The notes beneath the pieces are model-generated. The model ran no database searches. It was not told where the DNA came from and was given only the letters and a program-made list of their open reading frames with translations. The position numbers and the translations under genes are program-made. A DNA stretch of 62,959 nt, the filler included, from Hausera hauseri (lineage: Eukaryota), in the NCBI GenBank assembly GCA_046269625.1. It is 9 parts of 9 records of this genome, joined end to end, with 100 filler letters (N's around TTAATTAATTAA, not from the genome) between each part and the next. Parts side by side here need not be neighbours in the genome. Positions count along the whole stretch, not along the records: positions 8,738 to 25,148 come from JBJURY010299944.1; 8 more parts are not named here. One strand, given 5' to 3'. Within the stretch, counting starts at the first letter, position 1. Every line of letters begins with the position of its first letter. Below, piece after piece: positions 11,701 to 21,670 of the stretch.

Positions 11701-14700
11701 ACGTTAGCACAACAGTTTGCGAAACAACTTCAAGATTACGAAGTTCCTCAGCTATACAAAGAATACAAAGAAGTAAAAAGCTTAGTAAAAGAAATATTTG
11801 ATATCGATAGAGGTGTGACTAAACCTAACGCGAATCAAAAATGGAGAACCAGAGTAATCGAATTGCTAAAATATATTAAAAAATTGAAGAAAATGCCTGC
11901 ATACAAGAACATTACCTCGGAAGATTTAGCTCAATTACTAGTGGAAAAAACCACTCGAAAAAACCTAGAAAAAGGTATATGTCTCCTCGTGACGGACATC
12001 CATGATCAAAGCGATATAAAGACAATCACTGGAAAGGTTATACAATTAAGTCAAAATATTATACCAAGCAAATGTTCTTGGGATGAGTTATTCTTACGAA
12101 ATAGCCAAACCTTGGCGAAATTCCAACAAGAGGCTGAATTAACTTATAGAACTATTCTAGAAAAAGAAGAAATTTTGTTGCCAAAACTAACCAGTGAATT
12201 GACTAAATCATTGGAAAATGAAATTAAGGAAACTCGGGTTAAAGGAAGCAATGCAGCATATTCATCTATATTCCTCTTGATATTACTATTTATGTCATTA
12301 ATTAGGAAAGGTAATAATATCTTGGCATACGATTGCGAACATATTTATGAAGGAGATTATTACTCCTTGATGGACCTGGATTCATGTCCTGAAGCACATC
12401 CCAGGAATATAACAACCGTTCAAAAGACTTTATATATTTATCATGATCGAGCAGCGGTACAAATAAAAGGATATGAATGCATGCTCACAAGGTCAAGAAC
12501 AGTAACATATTGCGGAATGCATAGTCATGAAACCATTATCATACCAACTACTATACCAGAACCAGAAGCGGTATCACCTGAAGCTTGTAAAATAGCTGTT
12601 GAAACAGGATTTTTAAGATTTGATAGAATGGAATTTAAAGCAGGTATAGGAGAAGTTCATCAAACAGAAAGATATGTTGTCGGAACCAAAGATTTAGGTG
12701 GAAACTGTAATGGAGGAACTTATGATTTAGGAAAAGGACCACAATCGGGTTTAATAATACATGATCAATACAGAATTCAAATAAAACAGCAAACTTACAA
12801 TTTTGACACTAATACAAAAGCTATGATGGATGCTTCATTTTGCAAGTTAGGGAAAGGGTACTGCCACACTATAAATTCAGTCTTGATATGGGACGTACCG
12901 AAAAAATTTGACTGCCATTTAGTATTGATAAAAAAGGGTATATTTAACGTAACTTCAGGCAAGAGATATGCTAAATATTTCGAGACCAACTTCGAACAAA
13001 CTAATGTAAACCAGATACCAGAAATTAAAACACCTACAATTGTTATGTCCGCAAACTTAGTAGGAGGAGTGAAGTTTATCCAACAAGAACCTACATTTAA
13101 ATGTGGAAAGGCTATCCATTCCACGAACTATCCCTCCTATTATATCGCAGATTCAGAAGTGCCAGACGCCGATAATTTACCAGTCGATATTAAAAGCTTT
13201 CTGAACTTAGGAGATCACTTTAATATTAGAGATGACACCTTGTTTTATATAACGCAAAAAACTATGGATGAAATGTATACCGAGATAATTGAAAATTTCT
13301 GTAAAGTGAATCTCGAGACATTAAGGAATAGATTAGCAATTCTAGCAACTAATCCAGAAATGGCTGCAATAACCATGCCGTTAGGCGAAGGAATCCAAGG
13401 AAAAATTATAGGCGAGGCCCTATTCACCTATAAATGTAAACGTATAGATGTGCCATTAGTAATATTGAAGAATATATGTTATATAGAAATTCCGGTAACT
13501 TATAAGAAAGCGATTCGTTATGTCCAACCAATAACGCGAATATTGTTAGATAAAAATACTGAACCCACTAGAATAGTGAATTGTACGACTTTATACCAGC
13601 CTTATATAAAATACGACAACGAAGGCACATGGGTAGTATTACCCGAAAGAAAGAAACCTCATAAAACACCTAAACGTCTCACAATGACAGCTTTACGACA
13701 TGCTGTAGAAAACAATCTGTTCACAGATCTATCAAAAACCACTCTCTATACCAGAGATGAGATAAATGATATGATCCAAGCTTTAAGATATCCAGTACAA
13801 AGAGAACAAGCTTTAAATAAAGCCTTACACCGCATACTGGATGATGGAGTTCAAGATGCTAGATGGGAAAAATTATTAAGTCCAGATCATTATAAGGAAG
13901 TAACTATGAATTTCTTAAAAACTTTATGGGGAGGTTTTATAAAGTTTGGCACAGTTTCAGCGGGAATATTCACTATTTATTTGAGTATACAGACTGCCAA
14001 AGCGATCCTTTCGTCATTATTGAACGCCTATGAAATATATACCTTAACCGGGTTTTCATTAAAAATATTATCTGCCGTCTTCACACCATTTGGTAAGATA
14101 TTAAAAGCTCATGAAGAAAAAAGATGGAAAAATCTAATAGAAAAACATGTTAAAATGGACAACAGAAAAAAGAAACCGCCGCCTAAACCTCCACCGAGGT
14201 TAGATGGTGAGAACAATACTTACACTGAAGTACCGGTGACAAGTACAAATAATCAGGATTTGCCTCTAATTACAGAAAGAATTGAAAGAGATATTAAAAA
14301 CCCCTACGGTGAACACGATAAATACGGAAAATTGTTTGTTATACCGAGAGTTTCAAATCAAACAGACCAAATCAAGAATGAACAATTAAGGCGAACTAGC
14401 CAATACCCAGATTTAACGTTATTCTCACAAAAATGGCAACCGATTACCACGTCAATGACTAGACCAAAAACACCACCCGTATCTATTTCCTCTAGACCAA
14501 CCTCTCCACTACTGACTAACTCGATTTTATTAGAAAATAACAATACGACTGACCTAACCCTCACTGGTAAATTTGTGGTTGAAAACGGTGTGGTCAGAAC
14601 TGCAGGCGTATATTCACTATTACCTTTGGTCGAAAATCCTACAGAAAAACAACTTCAGGCCATAAATCGAGTGCGAGATCCAAGACCGCAAACTACAGTA

Positions 14701-16446
14701 CGAATTAGAAATTTAGAAATAAATGCCTTAATTGACACTGGAGCTACAATATCTCTAATTCATCAAATGCTTATACCAATCAATTACCAGCACGAAGTAC
14801 GCCTACCAAACCCGTCAGATACAGGCAATGTGTCGCTTTTTGGACAAACAGTATTTCCAGTAGGATATTGGACAACGGAAATAATTCTTTACGATCAAAA
14901 GTTGGTTGTGACATTGCAAGTTTTGCAACAGTTGTACCCTAATATGATCATAGGTATGGACACATTGAAAAAATTAAAAGATTCTGTAATAGATTTAACA
15001 ACGGGTCAAGTACATATAAATCACAAATTCCAGTTGCAAGATAACCCAAAATACGTTAATGCTGTATGGATTGAAAATGAAACCATATTACCACCGTATA
15101 GTGAAATATTAATCAAAGGAAAATTATTGGCACCAGAAAACACAATAGTAAAGTTCGAACCAAGAAGATTTTGTAAAGGATACTTTTTTGCTTCAAATTG
15201 TACAATAGTTCAAAATGGTACTATTCCAATAGTAGTAGCAAATTGTAATCCAAAGACAATAATTTTATACCCAAACACTCGAATAGGTGAATTCTATTAT
15301 ACATTTAGCCAAAATATTACGGAGTATTTGGCTGCAACAACCCACGGAGAATTATATGACCATGAAATTTTTCAGCAATTGGTAACAAATATCAAACAAA
15401 GAATAAATGACGAGCAACTAAAAGATATGATAAAATTAGTGAAAGAGTTTGCAGAAATCTTTGCAGTTAATGATGTAGATATTGGATGTACAGACTTAGT
15501 AGAATTTAGATTAAATTTGGTTACAGATGAGAAAACGGGCAAAGAGATAGACTTAAACAAGCAACCAATGCCTAAATGGTACCCTCCACCTCATTCACTT
15601 CAAGCCGAAGTAGTAGAACAGGTTCAAGATTGGTTAAATAAGGGAATTATAGAACCTAGCCAAGCATCATGGGCATCACCAATTGTGATGGTTCCAAAGA
15701 AAAATACCACAAAAAGGAGACTATGTGTTAACTTCGTACAATTAAATAAATATTTAGAAAATCATATCTATCCCATACCACGAATCAAAGAAATAATAAA
15801 TGACTTGAAAGGATGCACCTTATTCACTGCCTTAGATTTACAATGGGGATTTTTGAACATCCCAATAGTAGAATCAGATAAATGGAAAACAGCTTTTAAA
15901 ACTCATACTGGCATATATCAATTTAATAGGATGCCATTTGGTCTAAAAACGGCACCAACTTTTTTCCAGGAATTTATGAGAATAGTTCTGAAAGGAATAC
16001 GGAGTCTATCGTATATAGATGATATTCTAATTGCCTCCAGAACTTGGCACGAACACATGCAACAACTTCGAGAAGTTTTTGAGAGAATACGTGATGCAAA
16101 ATTAAAACTAAACCCATTGAAATGTGACTGGTGTCAAACCTCTGTAACTTATTTGGGTTTCAAGATCTCTGCCAACGGCATTGAAACTAGTCCGCACATA
16201 GTTGCCAAAGTGTTAGAATTTCCTGCTCCTACGAATAAAAAAGAACTGCAATGTTGGTTAGGACTTATTGGATACTACAGTATTTTCATACAAAATTTCT
16301 CCCAAATAAATAGTGTATTATATGAATTGTTACGAAACGATAAAAAATACATTTGGGAAGAAAAACACCAAAATGCTTTTGACATCATGAAAAAAAAATG
16401 GTTTCAGCACCGATTTTACAATATCCAGACTTTGAATTACCATTAA
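8738..16446 (+). CDS. Polyprotein part 1: Gag, helical insert, glycoprotein, aspartic protease, reverse transcriptase
   Basis: 2548-aa ORF from 8800, open to the contig edge. CYRCQRTGHTANNC at 9505-9546; ALIDTGA at ~14725; WASPIVMVPKK, RMPFGLKTAP, YIDD at 16012-16023. Confidence 0.95.
12250..14110 (+). CDS. env: Envelope glycoprotein domain, chuvirus (Jingchuvirales) G-like, putative class III fusogen
   Basis: Hydrophobic signal SIFLLILLFMSLI, then ILAYDC..YSLMDLDSC, CMLTRSRTVTYCGMHSH, GEALFTYKC, CYIEIPV, QPITRIL; N-glycan sequons NIT, NVT, NCT; C-terminal hydrophobic LWGGFIKFGTVSAGIFTIYLSI at ~13925-14020. Pattern matches chuvirus G as I recall it. Confidence 0.8.
15060..15300 (+). other. 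dUTPase-like beta-rich spacer between protease and RT, probably inactive
   Basis: TILPPYSEILI...IPIVVANCNPKTIILYPNTRIG resembles the degenerate dUTPase-fold segment found in many Gypsy pol proteins. Confidence 0.45.
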
Positions 16447-16523
16447 TCTTGAAGACAGACGCTAGTTTAAACGGATTAAGCTATATCTTAGCACAGTAAT
16501 ATCCTAACGAAAAAATCGAACAT
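16390..16523 (+). pseudogene. Disrupted RT-connection/RNase H junction: 1-nt frameshift in an A9 run plus in-frame TAA
   Basis: Shifting at A9 (16390-16398) gives VSAPILQYPDFELPLILKTDASLNGLSYILAQ*YPNEKIEHVVAYGGR, in frame with ORF 16524; TAA at 16497-16499. Confidence 0.9.
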
Positions 16524-19500
16524 GTGGTGGCATATGGAGGTAGAGCCTTATCTAAAGAAGAAAAGAATTATTCAACTACTGAATTGGAACTTTTAGCTGT
16601 CCTAGAAGGATTACGAAATTACGAATTTTATATCTATGGTTACCCTGTGATAGTGTATACAGACCATCAAGCATTAGAAAAACTTGACTGTAAAAACAAA
16701 AGAATATACAATCGTATACAACGATGGAAATTGGAGTTGTTAAATTACAACCCAAAGTTTAAATATGTACCAGGAAAAATGCACACCGATGCAGATGCTA
16801 TATCGCGAACCATATACCCTTCTGAGATCGCATCAGCAGCGCTCACATTGATGGATGAACACGAATTTACAACAATGATGACAGATTTCGCCAACCTTAA
16901 TACCAGCAAACTAGCAACCGTTCAGGATGATGATCCTTTACTGTATATAGTGAAAAAATTTGTACAAACATCAGAAATACCGAACATTGATGAACGTTTA
17001 ACCGATTGGCTAACTGAACATAAGTCCAAACTGATTATCGATCGAAATATACTAAAGTATGTATATAATGACAAAGCTTTAATAGTGATACCCAATTCAT
17101 TGATTAAATCCGTATTACTCCAGGAACATGATTCTCACCTCGCTGGCCATCCTTCGCTAAGAAAGACTATAGAACGAATTAAACTCAAGTACTTTTGGCC
17201 GAATCAATCAGAGGATATAGTTAATTGGGTCAAATCTTGTAAGATTTGCGCAACCCGAAGGGATAGGGGAAGATGTATAAGACCAATGCTTGGAACACTT
17301 CCAGAGCCCAAAGCACCTATGGAAATATGTGCTATGGATATTTCAGGACCTTATCCGATATCCGAATCAGGCTATAAATATATACTGAGTTTTATTGACT
17401 ATTACACAAGTTACATTATATTAATCCCATTAAAAACTATGACTACTGAAGCAATAGCAATGGAACTATTTAACAAACTGATATGCGTATTGGGATCACC
17501 TAGATTAATATTAACTGATAGAGCGCCATATTTTACGAGTCAACTATTTAACGAAGTTTCAAAAGTATTACAAACTAGACATGTGTTAACCACAGCTTAC
17601 CATCCACAGTGTAATGGTAAAGTAGAACGATCTAATAGAACTGTGCAAGGAATTTTATCTGTACAAGTCTCAACAGACCAGAAAAATTGGCCAGATAAAT
17701 TGCCCACTGTAGCCTTCGCCATGAATACCACACCAACGAGAAGTACAAGTAAAACACCATACGAATTGATGTTTGGAAGACTTCCTTTGTTACCTTTAGA
17801 CGTTGAGCTACTACCAACAGCTTTACCATTTACGGGTAACCAGCAAGAAGAAAATTACGTAGTTTTGCTAAAACAATTAAACGAATATGGAGAACAAGCG
17901 AAAGCAGTTAGAGAAGAATACAAAAAATCCTATACTAAACATTACAATAAAAAGGCTCAGACAAATCCCTATAAAAAAGGAGATTTCATCATGATTCACT
18001 ATCCAGTAACAACCAAAGGAAGATCCCTAAAACTGACGCGCACTGGCAAAGGTCCATATAAAGTTGTGGAAGTTAGACCACAAACTCTATTCATTGAAAA
18101 ATCTCCAGGGAAAATAGAGAATGTTTCCGTACAGAATGTAACTAGAGCCCCAAAATCGTACACAGGAAAATTCGGTCTCACATCAACAAATTTGCTTTCC
18201 ACTAATTTGTTAACAATGATTTGCATTCTTATTATTCTGTTATCTTGTACTCATACAAGTTATGGTCAATTTAATATTCCTTATAAATCTATGGTACAGC
18301 TGATTAAGCAGAATCAAAACCATACAGCTAGCGATGAGATATTCAACAAGGAAATACAAGTACTTGGACCAGATTTTGAAAGAGGCTGTATAAAGTTCAA
18401 AAAGAGACATACCAGTAATATCGTGCGAATAGTGATTTTCTACAAAGAAAAATTAGCATTCACTGATTTGGATAATGAGAATAACTCAACATGTCTTTTA
18501 GTAATTAGAGATCAACCATTTTCCTTGCTAGCATTAATTTTTAAAGGTAATAAAGAGAATAAGTGGGACTTACATCTAACAGTCAAATCCAGTATAAAAT
18601 GTTTAATACCTTTTAAAATCAACGAATGTGTTTATGACGTCACCTTCATGATCAAGCAAAATAGGTGCAACATAACTTATAAAGAATATAGAAAGATGGC
18701 AAAACATAATGATTTGGAGATCACCGAAAATTTATTTGTAATGATTTACCCTAAATCTGATCGAATAGCATTCGCTTGGAATTATCAATCAAATATTAAG
18801 AATACACAAGTTAGCGTCACTTGTATAAATCAGCATCATCAACAACGAATTATCCTTGAAAGGAAGCAAAAATATGCTCATTGTGCAAAGTTAAGTTCAG
18901 ATACTGATTACTTAATAGTAATAAAAAATTGCACTCATTATTCAGAATTGTATGCTAGAACCTTACCCAGAGTAAATAGAATAATCAAGTTCAATTATAA
19001 TAAAAATGACTCTAAGACTGATTCACAAACTGTGAAACCAAAAATAGATAATATTGAATCAAGCATGGTTGCGTGTGCCTTCCTAATCATTATATTAAGT
19101 GTAACTTTGTTCTTTGTGTTGGCTATAGGCACTTTAATTATTCCAAAAATAGTACGATACAGCCATAATGACACTATCACGTGTCACTGCCCACTAATTT
19201 CAAGATGGCGGTCGCAGGCTAGTCATCCGCATGAGCAATTATCGCACACACTACACGCGCCCCCACAAATAGTTACATTATTAGCATATTCATTGGTTAT
19301 GTGTTGTTCGCACACCAATAGAGGTGAGTATTTAAATGAAGTTCATTTATTTTCAGTCCTCTACAAATTCAATATGAAACGACAAAATCCGAAAATGACA
19401 AAAAACGATTCTCAAATTCAGTCTAATTTGCTGTATTCCAAGATGAATCCCCAGTATCATGCAGATCAATTGGACTCGCAAACGTTAATCCAGAATTTTG

Positions 19501-21365
19501 GGAGTAAAAGAGGGAGTCTCAACAAAACTATGTCAAAAACCTTCTATAATAATATCCGGAGACAGATGATAAAAATGGACCATTTCGTAGCTTTAAGTGT
19601 GGTTCGAATCCCGAATCAATTAAAGCACGAAATTACTGTAAACCGAAATCTCGGAATTTACTTGATCCAGGAGGCCCAGCAGTTAGAACTAAAGAGATAC
19701 ATGTCCAAAACCGACATGATAGATGGACTAGTAATCCATGTCGCCAGAGGCATGATCAGCTTAAAAACCCGGAGCGAACAGCAGTATCCTGATTCAAACG
19801 TCTGCACGATCTGTGAAGAAGAAACTCTATTTATCAACACTCCCATGAGCATTGATTTAATCCAAGCCAGACCAATGTATGTACCACTCGTTATAATGCT
19901 AGAATGGCTCCTCCCTGAAAAACACCTATATTTACCCAGACCAATGATCTTGGCTCATAATCCTCCTGAAATAGTGCGACAATCCAGGTTGAATTTTATC
20001 AACACCAACCAAAGTAACACAATCCGAATATTAACAGTATCAGTCGGATACATGCAGGATAATAGCCCCTTACCTATCCACGTCATTATCACCAACAAAA
20101 CGGGGACTATATTGTACGAAGCCATAGTTGCCAATAGAAAGAATGTACACAATGTTAATTCAATAAGACATGGCATATTACCGGAGTATATTGCTCATCA
20201 CGGGCAAGACATATTCGATGTCACAAGAGAAATTATTAATTGGCTATTCGGGACCGTGGTAGTTGGGTTGGAAACACATAAAATGTTAGAAGCCTTCGAC
20301 ATACCACTCAATTATTTTGCAGGAATTATAGATTTATTAAAACACGAGGAGATCACCGGACACACGTTTCAACAGTTGACGTTAATGAATATCAGCACTG
20401 TTCTGAAACTACCTGGATCACGAAATGGTCATGGATATGCACAAGACAACCACGGTAAATTACGACTTACTATGGATATTTTTCAGAAGGTAACAAACCC
20501 CTTCCAAGTAGCATGGATACCACCGGAACCTTTTAATAATGTTATTGACCCTGGAGAGCTGTTTTATAACAGGGAAAAATATTTAGCAGAATTCGCTTGG
20601 ATCCATCATGTGATAGAAGGACTTGTTCAGGACCCAGAAGCTATTGTGGATGAAATCATGGATGAGTTAAAAACACCATCCATGTCGGATATTTCAGATA
20701 TCGTTGCAGATGAAGAACGAAAATTACAACTGGAAGATCAGACTCTTGAAACCACTGACGAACAAACATACAATACGGATTGGGGTAAATGGAATCATAA
20801 TACCAGCAATATGAGCTCAATAGCAGTCCAGACAGAGGACACTGATTTCGACAAGTTCGTTAGAAGAATAAAACAAGGATTGAGAAAATCAGAAGTCTTT
20901 ACATTTCCATACGGAATCATTATTTACACGAGAAGCTTCAGCTTTCCCGTAGTAATTGATTCCATCGAGGCACCACTCTATATTGATCAGACAATCCCTC
21001 AAATTACATTACAATCATGGGACAGCAGCAACAACATACTCATTGGATTTATATATGAGAGATCAGTGGACATAAAGATCCTTTTCCTATTCGAAGATTA
21101 TGAAAGACTGTATAAATTACCCATAAGACTGGATGCCGAATTACACGTTAAGCTCCCGGTTCAGGTAAAAAATAATACCGTAGTAACGAAGCTGAAAAAT
21201 GAGCATAAAGGAGGGAAATTGACTTATATCTTGTTAATCAAATGCCAGAAACCTACTATGATCCCGATTGAGCGTGTACCACAAGGAAAGAAACCAGATT
21301 CTGAATTAACATTGACATACAGAATCGAAAATGAAATCAGACAAGAAGTTGACCTGGACTATTGA
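16524..21365 (+). CDS. Polyprotein part 2: RNase H, integrase, signal/ectodomain/TM module, exonuclease-like domain, unknown C-terminus
   Basis: NYSTTELELLAV, VYTDHQAL; HHCC (HDSHLAGH..CKIC); DDE core (AMDISGP, TDRA, VERSN); GPYKVV ~18050; hydrophobic stretches ~18207-18265 and ~19065-19150. Confidence 0.93.
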   Translation: MVAYGGRALSKEEKNYSTTELELLAVLEGLRNYEFYIYGYPVIVYTDHQALEKLDCKNKRIYNRIQRWKLELLNYNPKFKYVPGKMHTDADAISRTIYPSEIASAALTLMDEHEFTTMMTDFANLNTSKLATVQDDDPLLYIVKKFVQTSEIPNIDERLTDWLTEHKSKLIIDRNILKYVYNDKALIVIPNSLIKSVLLQEHDSHLAGHPSLRKTIERIKLKYFWPNQSEDIVNWVKSCKICATRRDRGRCIRPMLGTLPEPKAPMEICAMDISGPYPISESGYKYILSFIDYYTSYIILIPLKTMTTEAIAMELFNKLICVLGSPRLILTDRAPYFTSQLFNEVSKVLQTRHVLTTAYHPQCNGKVERSNRTVQGILSVQVSTDQKNWPDKLPTVAFAMNTTPTRSTSKTPYELMFGRLPLLPLDVELLPTALPFTGNQQEENYVVLLKQLNEYGEQAKAVREEYKKSYTKHYNKKAQTNPYKKGDFIMIHYPVTTKGRSLKLTRTGKGPYKVVEVRPQTLFIEKSPGKIENVSVQNVTRAPKSYTGKFGLTSTNLLSTNLLTMICILIILLSCTHTSYGQFNIPYKSMVQLIKQNQNHTASDEIFNKEIQVLGPDFERGCIKFKKRHTSNIVRIVIFYKEKLAFTDLDNENNSTCLLVIRDQPFSLLALIFKGNKENKWDLHLTVKSSIKCLIPFKINECVYDVTFMIKQNRCNITYKEYRKMAKHNDLEITENLFVMIYPKSDRIAFAWNYQSNIKNTQVSVTCINQHHQQRIILERKQKYAHCAKLSSDTDYLIVIKNCTHYSELYARTLPRVNRIIKFNYNKNDSKTDSQTVKPKIDNIESSMVACAFLIIILSVTLFFVLAIGTLIIPKIVRYSHNDTITCHCPLISRWRSQASHPHEQLSHTLHAPPQIVTLLAYSLVMCCSHTNRGEYLNEVHLFSVLYKFNMKRQNPKMTKNDSQIQSNLLYSKMNPQYHADQLDSQTLIQNFGSKRGSLNKTMSKTFYNNIRRQMIKMDHFVALSVVRIPNQLKHEITVNRNLGIYLIQEAQQLELKRYMSKTDMIDGLVIHVARGMISLKTRSEQQYPDSNVCTICEEETLFINTPMSIDLIQARPMYVPLVIMLEWLLPEKHLYLPRPMILAHNPPEIVRQSRLNFINTNQSNTIRILTVSVGYMQDNSPLPIHVIITNKTGTILYEAIVANRKNVHNVNSIRHGILPEYIAHHGQDIFDVTREIINWLFGTVVVGLETHKMLEAFDIPLNYFAGIIDLLKHEEITGHTFQQLTLMNISTVLKLPGSRNGHGYAQDNHGKLRLTMDIFQKVTNPFQVAWIPPEPFNNVIDPGELFYNREKYLAEFAWIHHVIEGLVQDPEAIVDEIMDELKTPSMSDISDIVADEERKLQLEDQTLETTDEQTYNTDWGKWNHNTSNMSSIAVQTEDTDFDKFVRRIKQGLRKSEVFTFPYGIIIYTRSFSFPVVIDSIEAPLYIDQTIPQITLQSWDSSNNILIGFIYERSVDIKILFLFEDYERLYKLPIRLDAELHVKLPVQVKNNTVVTKLKNEHKGGKLTYILLIKCQKPTMIPIERVPQGKKPDSELTLTYRIENEIRQEVDLDY
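20022..20485 (+). CDS. DEDDh 3'-5' exonuclease-like domain (ISG20/REXO4 type) with degenerate catalytic residues
   Basis: HVIITNKTGTILYEAIV..HGILPEYI..DIFDVTREIINWLFGTVVVGL..IIDL..LTLMNIS parallels REXO4-type RVSIVN..G.VLYD..V..SGIRPE.L..F..VQ.EV..LL.GRILVGH; DxE and later Asp residues are not present. Confidence 0.65.
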
Positions 21366-21657
21366 TATGTTGACTAACGATGTACGTTATTAACATTGGT
21401 GATCAATTATGACAACTTTCTATCTTGTCTTGATCTTTCGTTCCCGCATGTTTCTTATATTTTTATTTGTAATTGATCCTTTCATTATATTTTGTAGCTT
21501 TTACTCTTTACTTCATTTGGTTTATATGTACATATTATTTTCTTTTATTGACATTTTTTACATCGTTCTATTGATGTTGCTATTATTCATCATTAGTTTT
21601 GTAAATATTAATAATTCCTTCTATTTCATTCGTCTTGGTCATGTTAAATGACCCCTT

Positions 21658-21670
21658 AAGGGTCGGGGAT
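21658..21670 (+). promoter_or_regulatory. Polypurine tract
   Basis: AAGGGTCGGGGAT directly precedes the TGTTGTGG LTR start. Confidence 0.75.

Noticed and set aside
10674-20176. Short antisense ORFs within the polyprotein
   Set aside because: Shadow ORFs of a long coding strand; no independent signal
21409-21651. 80-aa hydrophobic ORF after the polyprotein
   Set aside because: T-rich 3' UTR gives F/I/L-rich translation by composition; cannot be supported as a gene
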